DNA from: Camelus dromedarius
Lineage: Eukaryota
Length of the DNA stretch: 64,000 bases
Direction: 5' to 3'
Assembly (NCBI RefSeq): GCF_036321535.1
Contig: NC_087437.1
Coordinates: forward strand, 29,328,001-29,392,000
The first letter of the stretch is position 1, and every line of letters begins with the position of its first letter. Positions 25,701 to 40,500 of the stretch are shown here, piece after piece. The position numbers and the translations under genes were made by a program. The notes below the pieces were generated by a model. That model saw nothing but the letters and a program-made list of their open reading frames with translations, had not been told where the DNA came from and ran no database searches.

Positions 25701-28700
25701 ACACTTATGTTTTGTTAAATAATTAGTGTGTTTTCCCTGACACTTGAAAAACTATCCTCTTTATCCCCTTGCCCTGTTTGATCTCTTTAGCTAAACTGTA
25801 CACTGCAAAGGCAGAAACCATTACTCAATTTCATGCTGTCTCTCTCAAGTCACAGCAAGGTTTCATACTTCAGATACCTCATAAACACATGTTGACTTGG
25901 TTTGAGAACCCAGCACAAATGCACGGAGTGTTTGAGTTAAAAGGGATACCACAGCTATCACCAGGTTTCAAAATTTTGAGCTTCATACCTTTGGGAAGGC
26001 CACGTGTCTCCAGTTCACCAGAGTTCCCCCCATTTTTGTCTCACCCTGGCCACTTCCACACTTACTTGGTCTCCGAGGCATTCACAGTTGTCACTCTGGA
26101 TTGACACCCACGAGGGACGGTGCTCCAGAGGCCTTCACTGAGTTGCCTGAAATGACAGTGAATCACCTCAATGACATGGCAGGCCTAACCCAAAGGTCCT
26201 TCTTTTTAATTTTATCTATTTTTCAGAGCTCTTTCCTCTCAGTATGTTACCTCCTCAAGTGGCTTTTAACCTACTGATTCTTTTTTTAATGCCCTGAAAT
26301 TCAGGTGTGAATCTAGGTCAAAGTCAACTGATTCAAAATTAGACGTAATACAGGGCTATTTGTGAGTGCACAGTACACACTATAAATCATAACATTAACT
26401 CTTATTTCTAATAGATATACAAAGATTGATGTGTTAACCATCCAAAGATATTTTCATAGTAACGCAGAAGAATGAATCTGGAATCATAAAATACTTAAGT
26501 ATCAGTAATAAGCCAACAGCAACAAAACACATTTTATAAGACTCTTACAACTGAATGGGATCTTTAAATCCACTCTGTGTAACACATTCCTGATTATGCT
26601 TTAAAATATTTTCAAATGCCCTCTAACTCTTAAGAAAAGGCTCCCATATCATCTCTTTGTCCCTTCACCTTTTCCAGATGCTTAAAAATGAAAATAACAT
26701 ATGCTTGCTGGACAGAGACACCACAGTCAAAAGCATTTAACAAGATGTGGGAGGAGAGAGGTCATTATACGCTTCTTTATTTAAAAACTGGAAATGTTAC
26801 ATATAACTCTGGTGTCTGTTCCACAGTCTAATATAAACCTTACCAACAATCTACTTTATACTTTAAGCAATGATATTATTTATACAACTTGTTTTTATAC
26901 TTATGCAACTTTTCCCAATGACAATCATTCTCTATATAATTTCTTAATCAATACAATGTAATATTTGTTTGAAGAGATTAATTGAAAAATTCAAACGAAT
27001 ACATTTTTCCCCTATGATATACAGAGCATTTCTTGGATTTATCATTTTTTTAAAAAAATTAGTAAAAATGTGAAAAACAAATTTTATCTCCAGTCCTTTC
27101 TTAAGGAAGCAGATGCTGTCCTTAGCTGTTCATTACTATTTTATTATGTAGAGAAAGAAAAAATAAATAAGGTCATATACATCAGTGACAGAGTTAACAT
27201 GTTTATAAAAAAGTGAAGATATGAGAGTGAATGTTCTTCAGCAGAAAAATGTATATAGACTGGAAAAGAATTTTGAAGAAAAAGCATGTTTGTGGGCTAA
27301 GAAGAAGAGACGTAAAACCATTTTAGAGCTATTTTAGCAAAAGCTCACTCAGTGGAGGGGCTGGGGGAGTTGCAGGTAACATAGTCCTGCAGAACCCTGG
27401 GTATCTCCAGGAAGTCAAAAGGAAACCAAACCACAAAACAAAAGATGCACAGTGAAGGAAGAGAGCTGCTAAAGCAGCAGCTGGCACGTGCTCGACACGA
27501 AATCTTTGAGGCCTGAGCATTATGGAAACGGGCCACCTACTCTTCCCACACAAGCATCCTGACGCAGGCACTCTTTGCTGTTGCTTGTTGACCTTATTTT
27601 TTCCTACATCTATAGAAAACAGCAGCCCCCACGGTTCTCCACCCATTGACTTTCTCAATAGCACCTGTTACCACCTGACATGTTTACTTGTATACTGTCT
27701 GAATTTCCCTGTTAGAATATAACCTTCATAAGGTTATGTGTGTCTGTCGGACTTAGAACCACGCCTGACAGATGAAAGGTGCTCAGTAAGTATTTGCTGA
27801 AAGCATGTGCTTTTAGGGACTGACACACCTTTCACATGATTGATTCCATTTTTGATAACTGTATAATAATTTCTTTCTTTTGTTATTGACTTTAGACAGA
27901 ATGTTACAACAGATACAATTAAGTGGGGGTATTTTAGCTTTAAATGCGGAGATACATATCCACACACAGTCTTGACCTAAAAGGATTTACTCTGAGCTTT
28001 GGGTTCACCTGAGTCCCTCCTTGGATTGACTCTGTACCTGGTGACCTGGAACTAGACTGATGATTGGAGGAAAGCAGCTCTCCTGATTACCCTGGAGGGA
28101 TAACTGGGTGTTTGATATTTAGCTTAATTTTACATAAAGTTCATTTAAAAGGACATTTGAACTGTAAAACAAATTTTTTTAAACAAGCAGGAGGATCATA
28201 GTCATATATGAGACAAATCAGCAAAGAAAATACTCAGCCCTGAGTGATGAGGGTTCTTAAAATGCATACTTCCTTATGAGAGAGAGAGAGGTTTTGAGCA
28301 TGCTGGGTGCACAAACTTGGAGATGTAATAATTTTCTGAAACTCTCTAAAGAGGTATCTTTTTCAGATTTTTTTAAAAAACACTATCTCAGTTGTTGCAA
28401 CAAGGTGGAATCTGAAGTCTAGAAGAGATAAATTATCATCTAACCATTTTCCTTTTCTCTTTTTTTCAACCATGGAAACTTTAGCTTAGGAAAAAAAAAA
28501 AACATTCTTGTAAGGAACCGAAATCCAAACAAACAGAAGTGGACTGTGAGCCCGAGGCATCTACCCAGGAAATATCTCCCATCCTCCAACACTTCCACAG
28601 GTGCACCTTGAACCTGAATACTCCAGAGGGCGCAGTTAAAAAACCCAGGGATCTAATCTACAGCCTTATTTGATGTGATGATTCAGTGCTATCGTCTCCA

Positions 28701-31700
28701 ACATTTTGAGTCTAATATTTTCTTGAACAACAACTTGAGTTGCCCTATTCAATTACATCAAATCTTTTAAAATTTTTGCCTTCTGTTGAACTAGAATCCA
28801 CCCTTTAGCATTTGCCCTTGAACCCTAGATCTGCCCACTACTAGGGCATATTGAAGGAAGTCCAGTTCCACATTTACAGTATCACATTCATTCATTCCCA
28901 CTCAAGTATCCCCAATTCTTTCAGCCATTTACACTGTGAAACAATTTGGGTTTCACCTACCACCCTAGCCATTCTTATTTGCATATACTCAAGTCTGATA
29001 CTTGCTTCCTGGGTCTGATGCCCAACACTGATAAAGTATAAAAGGTGAAGTTCCAAAATGCTGTAACAAGACAATCAAGCTCCTTTTCCTTCTGCTTCTG
29101 TAGCCTAGGGCAGCAAAAACTTTTACAAACTGCATAGTAGAACTCTTTTGCTCCTGGTGCACATTGTGCTAAAAAATGGTATCTCCATCCTGCTCTTCTT
29201 CAGGTGAACTTCAAGTAGAAGTTTTTGTATATATCCTGTAGGTTTCAAGCTATTAAACCTCTATTGTTTCAGATTGTTGAAAACTGTTGGCCTCAGATTT
29301 TGTCAATGAATGAATAAGATATCCATTTCCATTTTCTGTGATTTGTCAATTAGATAATGAGATAATTCAAGAAAAAGTCAAAGGCAGAGTCCAGCAAGTC
29401 GTTCAGCCAGGTATGAATCTACCCAATTCTGCTATCACTAGTTCACAAGCCTCTGTCATGCTCAGATAAATGTGTGATAAATGTTTTCAAGTTGCAAGCA
29501 AGATTCCCTTCTTACAAGGCTAATTAGAAATACAAGCTACGAAAACAAAATAAAAGATGCCAGTCTCTCTGAGCTCTCTGCTGCCTTCTACCGAGAACAT
29601 TTTGTCTTTTACCTAATGAGTGAAAAATCATATTTTGAAAAATCTGCTTTGGAATTCTGTTAATGATAAATGTTAACTACACTGCCCTATTTTACATGCA
29701 ATTTTAGTATACGTTATGAATGCTACTTAATGACAACAAAGCTTGGAATTCATATATCTTTTTTTCCCGAGACCTCAAAACTCTGATGTTTTATTTCACC
29801 TGTTCCCACATTCCCTGAGGGTGACTTTTATATTCACGCAACACAAGCCATGAGTAATGACAAATGTCATTATAATCTAGGGTTATAAAAATTCCCTGAC
29901 TTACTTTAAATGCCCAGGATAAATGTAAAGAGTAGCTTTCAGAACAGTATCAGAAGCAAGGAGCAATATCAGAAAACAGTAATAGCAATGATACTAGACA
30001 ATGATTGTTTTTGACATGAGTGTATTTCTATCTCAAAACAGGTAATATATTTTTAAAAATCCTTTTAATAATAATCCTCCCCCATAGTACTTGCATAGAG
30101 CAGTTACTGACATGTTTGGCCTAAAGAACTCAATGGTCAAAGGAAATTATGTCATTCTGGCCAATATACAGGCTGATCCCTGATAATCTTTTCACAATAA
30201 AAACGTTACAGCCTGCTTCATTGCTTTGACATTCAGGAAATCTCACTTTGACTTTGTGGCCACATAAGCCCAAGGTTTCTCCCTCTGTTGCTCTTGTTTT
30301 TTCTCAAGGGACTGTTTGTCTGGTTTCATTTGTAATATCATGATTTTTAAGGTCAGTTGTCTTTGACAACCATCTTAATAGTAACATTAATACAATTTTT
30401 TTCCTTACTTAGTATAATCAAACTTGCATTTGTACATCCGATTTTCTAAAATCAAACAGCAATGAACTCTTAAAGCTTTGACGGTACATGGTTGTCAGGG
30501 AACAATATTTTAAATTAGAGAGGAAGATTTGATGCTATGAAATGGCAAAGAAAAAGAAGAAAAGCTTTCCATACAATGGATGCCTCCTTAAATATAAGTG
30601 TGTTGGATCATACATTTTTAATGTATTAAGAATAAATACATCAGATTCCCAGGGGGCTTATTAAAAGTCCACGTACAGGATTCTTCCCAGGCCTGCCCTG
30701 AGGACTTGTATTCTTATTCACACACCATCACATTAGACAAAGTCATTTTTAAATGAATCACCTGGAAAATAGTATTGGAAAATAATTATTTTTCACACGC
30801 ACAATTCAGCAGTTTAAAATTTGGAATCTGATATATTGAAGTTTCTTGAAATATTTGTAAACTTGCAGAAGCCTAGAATTTTTTCTGACTCCTCACAGGG
30901 GGACATTGATTATTCAGAAAAAAGAGGACAGCTTGGAAGCACCTCAGTGAGGAGTTATACCCATGGCCTCTGGGACAGAGGTTTATCTATGGAAAAGGCC
31001 AAAAGGCTGAATGTTGTGATGGTTGAAAGCATCCTAATAAACAGCTGTGATCTTATCATTTGTTGGGATAATTTCTAACACAGTCCACCTCTGTGTTAGA
31101 GGCAATTGACATTTCTTTAATCCGTAATTAATTATTAGGCACTGTGGCAAAAAAAAACATTATGCTAAGCCTTGACTGTTAGAAAACAAGAAAGCTCAGT
31201 CTCTTTCCTGAAGGATTCAAAGGCCAATGGGGGGCAAAACCAAGCATCTGATTCTACCTGGGCAACCTTTAAATAGCAAGACGTTCACCTTCCAATCTGT
31301 GTTAACTCACTTTTTTGGCCAACATCTAGAGGTCTTTAACCTCCAGGCTAATTCTGAAAAACCCCCTGAATTTTCGGTGTCTTATAAATGTTGTACATCT
31401 TATCTGTGCCTGTCAAGAGTCAAGAGGTGCTTCTCAGGGCATTTGGAAGCCGTTAGCGGAATTTTTTTTCCCAGGTGTTTTTCCCCCTAAGATGAAGAAA
31501 GGCCTCATTTGGTATCTCACCAGTTCGGCACTGCTCATCACACTTTTCTACTATTGTCCTGGACAGTTACAAGCCTGCCTTGAGTCCAAGATTCATAGAT
31601 TTGATTTTATTGAGAAATTTTGTAGGGTATAGGAAAGCAAACAAGAAGGGGTGGGTGGCCGGAGCCCTGGCTCTTTTTCTGTTCTATCCCTTATTGATGG

Positions 31701-33339
31701 AGTGGTCTTGGAATGACACTTCTGTTCTCTGAGTCCCAGTGTCCTCGTCTATGAAGAGTGTGCCCCAGAGCATATCAAAGGTACCTCCAGGGACAAACGT
31801 TTGTACATTATCTTGAGAAGCTTAAAATCAGAGAATCCACTCCCACTTAATATCACACCTGCTGGCATCGTTATGAACAGGCAGAGAAATGAAAACACTC
31901 CTCTTAAAACTAATGACTTTAATGACATAAATTAAATCTAAACAAATGTGTGTCTTTCTTTGTACAGATTTTCAGCTATTCCATTATTTTCTCCATGTCA
32001 TATTTCTCTTAACTTCTGGATCTTTTCCAGAATGGACAAAACACTGACTATCATATCTATTTCCAAAATAATTTTAGTGAATTTTACAATTGCTTTCAGT
32101 CTTTAAGATGTCGAGTAGACTGATGAGTGATTTCCAAATCTATACAACTGGAGAGACAAGCACCAAAATGCAAAGTAACCTACCCATGTATGTTGAAGAT
32201 ATAAATTGAATAGCTAATGTAATCCACATTATACACACAAAATGCACGCTGCCCTAAATTAAAACGAAACAGAACATTTTGTAGATTGGATTTCTACTAA
32301 ATCTACTTAACAGCTTTCTTCAGTTTTACGTCTTGTCGGAGGAAAACCACAGATGCACCAATAGACTATTCTCACAGTACTCTTGAAGCTAATAAAATCT
32401 ACTCAGTGTTCCAACGGGAAAGGGAGAAGTGAATGAACCCTTGTTTGTATTAAGCTCCCAAAATTCTAATTTCCTTACCTCCAAGATAAATTACTGCAAC
32501 CTACCTCACAGGCTTGTTTCAAGGACTGACTGTGATAATGTGAACAAAACCCTCTACCCACCAGCTGGTAGGATTAGTGGCTTACTTGTGGGTTTCCTGA
32601 GCTGGCCCTGGTGCTTGCTACTATATGTACTTTTTCATTCTGCCATGTTTAATTGTGTGATATTTATTGTCGGCTGGGGATATTTATGCTTATTTTACAA
32701 GTGGAAAAAACCTGAGAATCAGAATTTAAGGTCGTTCTCCAACATCACACAATATAAGGAGGTTAAGGTGGGGAATGACTTGAGGTCTACATGGCTTTAA
32801 GCATGTGCTCTTTCTGCTATATTATACTGTCTTCTTGGGCCCTGATCCAAATGTGTAAGCCTTAAAATGTTTATTTTGAGCTCATGGGGGAACTTTGAGT
32901 TGGTAAATCCCTATAATAGAATCATGTTATTGGTTTTTATGTATGGAAAACTAAAATTTACTGAGATTTTTAAAACTTATGAGTCTTCTATATCAAAATA
33001 AATGTCAATATTCAAAGTAATCTTTGGGATGTGGACCAGTGTTCTCCTTCACTGACCAGAGTATTTTGAAACTGCCAACTCGCTAGTGTCTCAAGTTAAT
33101 TGGTCTTATTATTTGAGTTCCTTCCTTCCTTCCTGAAAATACTGTCTTGACCAATTTATTCATTTCCACATAGTCACTTTTGATTGTTTCCAAAGAATGA
33201 CATTATCCCATAAAGATCAATACTTGCCAACTTTAAAGATACTCAAAAGAACATAAATGACTAAAAAAGTCTATCAATATGAATAGACCCTAATATTATT
33301 CTGTATAATCACACACTTCGGAATAAATGTAAAGTTGCT

Positions 33340-33341
33340 TT

Positions 33342-33372
<31 letters not shown>

Positions 33373-33388
33373 TCTTTCTTTCTTTCTT
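33340..33388. repeat. (CTTG)n(CTTT)n microsatellite
   Basis: Directly visible. Confidence 0.95.
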
Positions 33389-33459
33389 CCCTAATGCTGT
33401 TTATTTTAAAAAGAACATACTGAATTGAAACACTCTGACCTAGTATATTTGTTGAAAAT

Positions 33460-34190
33460 TTTGATTTGCACAAGTATTTACTGAGTACTGCTAAGTGTCA
33501 GGCACTGCTCTGCATTCTTGGGATATATGAGTTAACAAAACAAATCCTGCCGTGTTGGAGCTAACATTCTGATGGGGGGGGGGGGGGACAGAAAACCAAG
33601 GTATCATAAATATTCTGGTAGGTTGTATGTGCTATGGGAAAAGAGAGAAAATAGAGCATATTCAGTGGGTTTGAAAATATTGGGGCAGGAGGCAGACTGC
33701 AATTTTAAATAGAGCAGTCAGGGTAGGCCTCATAAAGAAGGTGGTATTTTTGTAAAAATTTGAGGAGGTAAGGACATTAGTCATGTGGCTTTCTAGAGGA
33801 AGAGGGTCTCGGGAAGAGAGAATAGCTAGTGCAAAGACCCCGAGCTGGGAGCGTGCCTGGTTGGGATTGCGACATAGTGAGGATGCCAGTCTGGCTGGGA
33901 CAGACTAAGCAAGGTGTGCAGAAGCACAGGAGAGCAGAGAGGAATTAGCAGATCACAGCAAACCAGTCTAAGGAATCAGCATTGATCTGTGTGACATAGG
34001 GGCCACACTGCGTTTTCAGTAGAGATGTAACATGATCAAACTAACCTTTTAAAAACATTCCTCTGTCTGCTGCATTGAGAATAGGCTGTAGGGCTAAAGG
34101 AAGAGAGGGTGGGGATGGAGTGGGCACCAGTTTGGAGGCAAGAGATAATGGAAGAGGATGGTAGCAGTGGTGATGGTGAGCAGTGCTCGT
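33460..34190 (-). mobile_element. L2 LINE 3' fragment
   Basis: Antisense L2 3' end (tatttactgagtactgctaagtgtcaggcactg...ggagctaacattct) and purine-rich L2 body. Confidence 0.8.
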
Positions 34191-34369
34191 GTAAGTGGCT
34201 TTGTACCTTTTATACAGCTTTTAAATTCAAAGTATGCAGACCATGTATGTCATGACCACAGACATGTGCAAGGTACAATAGCTGATATATAGTAAGGATC
34301 TAACAAATATTCTATTTTGGATAAACAGTTTTTTAGACATAAAACTAGCTATTACTTACAGAGTACATA

Positions 34370-34580
34370 ATCTCAGTATTTTACACATATTTTTCAAGTA
34401 AAGCTCAACTCATCCCCGTGAGGTTGGTGCTATTACCATGCCTACTTTACTGATGAGGAAACTGAAGCACAGGGTGGTTATGTAACTCATCCAAGTCTAG
34501 GAGGTGGCAGAGCAGAGATGAGATTCTGAACAATCTGGTCCCAAGATACCTACTCTTCACACTATACAACACGGCTTCAA
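34370..34580 (-). mobile_element. MIR SINE
   Basis: ccccgtgaggttggtgctatta...tttactgatgaggaaactgaagcacagggtggttatgtaact. Confidence 0.8.
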
Positions 34581-36074
34581 AGAAATAAGGTATAATTCAC
34601 TATAATTCATGGATTCAAAAATAGGAGCTTTTAGGCTTGACATCTGTTCATTTTCATAACTGCAGAAACATGATAGGTAAGGTACATGTAGACACGAAGA
34701 TAAAACGTACTTTGTGAAATTAAGTCACCCACATAAAGAAAATCTGAAATGTGCCATAAAAAGAAGCAAATCGTTACTGATAGTCGAAATTGTACCTTTT
34801 ATTTTTCTTCAGTTCGGGAAGATGTTGGAGTAGAAAATGTACCATGAGCAATTTGTTGTCTGAAACACTAAAGTGGCTTTTTGGCAGACTAAGATAATAC
34901 ATCTCAGTGTAATATTTTATTTGAATGTACAGAATTGTTGCATTTAAACTTTGTAATGCTACATTTTTCCAACTCAGTTGGTGGTATATATTTTGAGATA
35001 TATGACTGAAAAAATCCAATTATACCTCAGGGAAAAGGCAAAATAACAACCAAAAAAGGGGGGGCTTTATTTAGAAATACAGCACACCATATTTTTACCT
35101 CTAAAGGCGGGGGGGGGGAGATAAAGGCACACAACTGAGGATTAATGAACCATACGCAAAATTTATTGAGTAATTCATTTGGTAAAATAAAGGAAGCACA
35201 TGAAAGAAGTAGGTGAAAAATTAGCACTGTCATTTCTTCAGTGTTTAATATTGTAGTAAAACTGAAATACAAAAGGGGATGTAGAGTTGGTTAAGAAAGA
35301 CAACTTTATCAGTGAACAGTAATGATCCAAACATGCTGTTGTGTTCCTGATAGCACAAGGCTGTCACGAACTCCCCCAGAATACAAGAATACGAAGAAAT
35401 CCCTAGGAAGATTTCTCTGTCTAGAAATCAAGTTTAAAAATATACATATGGCTCAAGAGGCATGTAGAGGCCCTACTAATGTTTGAGAATTTCAGGTTTT
35501 TGATTTTTAAAATATACCTTTTCACAAGCATGCTATGTAGTCAGGAATATAAATGGGCCTTGCCTTACCAATTAAATGAGATCCTGAAAATGCATCTCAA
35601 GAGAACACTTCTTCCCTGTTGTTCTGTTATAACTCAGATTTGCATCTAAAGTCTAAGAAACAATTCACTCAGAGTACTTCTATGCATGGTCAGTGTATCT
35701 TCCAAATGATGACAAAAACATCAAAGATAGTCAAATATCACAATTTTTGCACACTTACCAAAACAAAGTGAACCTTACCCAAGGAGCCCCTCAGCAATAG
35801 GAATGTTGAACATGCAGAATTGCTGGGCACTTAAGAAGATGGAAACCAGAACCTTTGCTACCAGAAATGATGGTATTTGCTCTCCCAAATGACCTGATTA
35901 AAGAATTTAATTGAAAGAAGACAGCTTCAGAAATTGTTATGAATCACTTCCAGACTTGATTTCAACATGTTTATAAATATTCCTTGACTATCTAATTTTT
36001 GTCAAGAAGTATTCAAGGCTGTGAGTGGAAGAATTTAAAGATGAATAACCTAGTCTCTGCTCTCAAGGAGTTTA

Positions 36075-37080
36075 TTTAGTCAATCAGTATGTAGTGTCCC
36101 CAGGCACTGTTCCAGGACTGGGGATACAGTAGTGAACAAGATAAAGAACCTATCTTCAAAGAGTTTACATAATAATGGTACTGGCAATAAACGAGTAATC
36201 AAATAAATAAATAAACACTGGTATGTCATTTCAGGTGGTGAAAAGTGTAATGCTGGAAAATAAAGCAACTTTCAGAGAGAATGACAGGGGCAGAGGGGTT
36301 CCTATTGTAGTTGTGGCTGACAAGGAGGACATTCTGAGGATGTGGCATTTTCACCAAGACCTGACTGAATTTCAGAAGTGAATTGTGGGAAAACACAAGA
36401 AAAAGGAAAATTCCATCCCTGAGGCAGGGATCCGCTGGGGATGCCTGACCCTAGGAAGAAGGCCAACGTGCTAGATTGGAGAAGTCACCTGGAACCAGGT
36501 TATACAGGGTCATACTAAGGGTTTTAGATTTTGCTGTAAGTGTGAAGAAAAGCCATTTGCAAGATTGACTTCAGGAAATGACATGATGTGACCCACGTTT
36601 TACAGCATCACCCAGCATGGAATATATTTTTAAGGTAGAGTCAACAGTGCTTCCTGATGGACTGAAGTGAGTTGTGGGATAAAAAGAGGAATCAAAGGTA
36701 ACATATATGATGTTCATTTGAGAAACTCGTTGACTCTTGGTACCATATATCTAGGTGGAAAACAGTAGGAGAGTTGCTGTGTTGGTGAAGGAGTTCAAGA
36801 CTTAAGTTTGAATGTGCTAAATGTGACATGTCTCTTAGACATTAAAATGGAGATGTCCAAGGAGGCCACTGGGTATACTGTAAGATCTACAGATGTAAAT
36901 TAGGAAGTCATAGTGTAAGGATGGAATTTAAAGCCTTAAGACTGAAGGAAATTTCTCCAGGAATCAGTGCAGATAGACAAGGATTAGAGGTCTGAGCCCT
37001 CGGTATTTAGATAATAGGAAAATAATGTGAGATTATAGCACCTAATGTAGTAGGAGTAGAACCAAGAAAATATCCATGGA
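36075..37080 (-). mobile_element. L2 LINE 3' fragment
   Basis: ccaggcactgttccaggactggggatacagtagtgaacaaga plus the L2 body (ggaatcaaaggtaac, ggagatgtccaagg). Confidence 0.8.
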
Positions 37081-37089
37081 TAGTGAAGG

Positions 37090-37565
37090 TTGTTGTAATG
37101 ATCTATTGCTGCGTATGAATATCCAAAAATTTAGTGGCATAAAATCACCATCATTTTATAAGCTCATGATTCTATGGGTCAGCAATTAATACAAGATTAA
37201 CTAGGAATGGTTTCTTATGTCTGGATCTCAGCTGGGGTGGCTCAGATAAGGGGACGGCTGCAGCCACGTACCTTGGGCCTCAGTTCTCTACTGAGCCTCT
37301 TTACACACCTGTCCATTTGGACTTTCTCACAGCATAGTGATCTCAGCAAAGTCAAACATCCTGGTCAAAGTACAACGGACCTAACTAGAAGCTGCCACTC
37401 CCTTAACAGGCCCCAAACTGGCACAGTGTCCCTTCTGCCATAATCTGTTGCTCAAATCAGTATTCATATTCCACCTGTATTCATTTGAGAGGAATACTTC
37501 CCACCTGTCTATCTTTAAGCTCCCATGCCAATCTCTCTCACAGTTACTAACGATTAAAAATAGCC
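37090..37565 (-). mobile_element. Old MLT1 MaLR LTR
   Basis: atctattgctgcgta...aaatttagtggcataaaa...gctcatgattctatgggtcag...aactggcacagtgtcccttctgccataatctgttg. Confidence 0.7.
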
Positions 37566-37567
37566 AT

Positions 37568-40500
37568 TTCCTGAACCACCAATAACTCAAAGAACAAATT
37601 ACAGGGGAAAATTATCTTTAGACAAACAAAAATGGGAATATAGCATACCAGAACTTATGGGATAGAGCAAAAGCATTTCTAAGAGATAAGTATATAGTTA
37701 TAAACCCACTCCTCAAGGAACTGGAAATATTGCAAATAAACAACCTAACTTTATATCTCAAGGAACTAGAAAAAGAAATACTAATTTTAAAGTTAGCAAA
37801 AGGAAGAAAATAATAAAAATTAGAGCAGAAATAAAATGGACAGGAAAACAATAGAAAAGATTAACAAAACTAAGAGTTGGTTCTGTGAAAAGATAAATAA
37901 AACTGACAAACCTTTAGGTAGACTCACCAAGGCAAAAGAGAGAAGACTCCAATCAACAAAACTATAAATGGAAGAGGAGACAGTGCAATTGATCTCACAG
38001 AATTACAAAGGATCGTAAGAGGCTACTATAAACAGTGATATGCCAACAAACTGGAAAAGCTAGAAGAAATGGATAAATTCTTAGAAACATATAACCCACC
38101 AAGATTGAATCAGGAAAAAATGTTAAAACTTGAATAGACCAATTATTAATAGGGAGATTGAATCAGTAATGAAAAACTTCCCAATGAAGAAATTCAGGAC
38201 CAAATGGCTTCACTGGTTAATTCTACCAAACACTGAAAGAAGAATTAATATCAAACTTTCTCAAACTCTTCCAAAAAATAGAAGAGAGAACCTTCTAAAT
38301 GTTTGGTTTTTTTTGTTTTTTTTTTTTTTTTTTTTATGAGGCTAGCATTACCCTGCTACCAAAGCCATACAAGGACAATACAAGAAAATAAAACTAGAGG
38401 CCAATATTCGTGAAGAACATAGATACAAAAATTCTTAATAAAATACTAGCGAACTGAATTCAGTAGCATATTAAAAGGATCATTCACCATAATCAAGAGG
38501 GATTTATTCCAGGGATGCAAGGATGGTTTAACACACACCAATTCATAAATGTGATGCATCACATTAATAGAATGAAAAAATTTATATGATCTTCTCAGTA
38601 GACACAGGAAAGCATTTAACAAAATTCAACATCCATTCATGATTAAAAACTCTCAACTAATTAGGCACAGAAGGAATGTACCTTAGCATGATAAGAACCA
38701 TATATGACAAGCCTAGAGTTAACATCATGCTCAGTGGTGAAAGGCTGAAAGCTTTCCCTCTAAAATCAGGCACAAGAGAAGTGTGCCCTTCTCACCACTT
38801 GTATTCATCATAGCACTGAAAGTCCAAGACAGAGCAATCAGGCAAGAAAAAGAAATGAAAGGCATCAGAATTGGAAAAGAAGGAGTAAAATTGGCTCTTT
38901 GCAGATGAGATGATTTTATACACAGAAAACCCTAAAGACTCCACTAACACAGTTGGATCTGATCAACACATTCAGTAAAATTATAAGATACAAAATTAAC
39001 ATACAAAAATCAGCAGAATTTCTTTACATTAACCAAATGATCTGGGGGAAAAAAAAGAAGTTTCCATTTACAATAGCATCAAAAATAATAAAATTTTTAG
39101 GAAAAAATTTAACCAAGGAGATGAAAGAGCTCTACTCTGTAACTATAAGACATTGATGAAAGAAATCAAAGATGCAAATAAGTAGAAAAATAGTCTGTGC
39201 TCATGGATGGGAAGGATTAATATTGTTAAAATGTCTATACCACCAAAAGCCATCTATAAATTCAATGCAATCCCTATCAAAATTCCAATGGCATTTTTTT
39301 ATACGGACATAGGAAAAACTAGCCTAAAATTTATATGAAATCACAAAAGACTCCAAATAGCCAAAGCAATCCTGAGAAAGAAGAATAAACTGGAGGCATC
39401 ACACTTCCTAATTTCAAGCTGTACTATAACACTACACTAACCCAAACAGTATGATACTGGAATGAAAGAGATATAAACCAAAGGATTAAAATTGAGAATC
39501 TAGAAATAAACCTATGCATATATGGTCAACTAGTGTTTGACAGGGAATCATGAACACTCAAATGAAAAATAGACAGTTTCTTCAATAAATGGTGCTGGGA
39601 AAACTGGATACTCACATAAAAGAATGAAACTAGACCTACATCTTACACCATGCACAAAATTAACCTGAAATGGTTGAAAGACTTAAATGTAAGAACTAAA
39701 ACCGTAAAACTGCTAAAAGAAAACATAGGAAAAAAATTCCTTGACATGGGTCTTCATAGCGATTTTTTTGGAGATGACACCTAAAGGACAAGCAACAAAA
39801 TCAAAAACAAGCAAGTGGGACTACATCAGACCAAATACTTCTGCACAGCAAAAGAAATGATCAACAACTGCAAGGCAACTGACAGAATGGAAGAAAATAT
39901 CTGCAAATCATATATCTAATAAGGGGCTAAGCCTCAAAATATATTTTAAAAACTCATACAACTCAGTAGCAAAAAAACAATAATCCAATCTAAAAAACAG
40001 GCAAAGGACGTGGATATTTATCTAAAGACATACAAATGGCCAACAGGTACCTGAAAAAGTGCTCAACATCACTAATCATTAGGGATATGGAAAACCACAA
40101 TAAGATGCCAGGTTATGCTTGTTAGAATGGCTATTCTTAAAAAGACAAGAGATTACAAATGCTGGTGAGGATGTAGGGAAAAGGGAATCTTTCTGCCCTG
40201 CTGGTGGAACTATAAACCAGTACAGCCACTATGGAAAATAGTACATAGATTTCTCAAAAAATTAAAACTAGAACTACTACATGCTCCAGCAATTCCACTT
40301 CTGGGTATACATGCAAAGGAAATTAAATCATCATGTTGAAGAGAGATCTGCACTCACACATTCACTGCAGCATTATTTACAATAACCAAGACATGCAAAT
40401 AACCTAAGGCTCCATTAACAACACAAGGATTAAGAAAATGTGGTATATATACACACAATGGAATATTATTCAGCCATAAAAAGGAAATACTGTCATTTGC

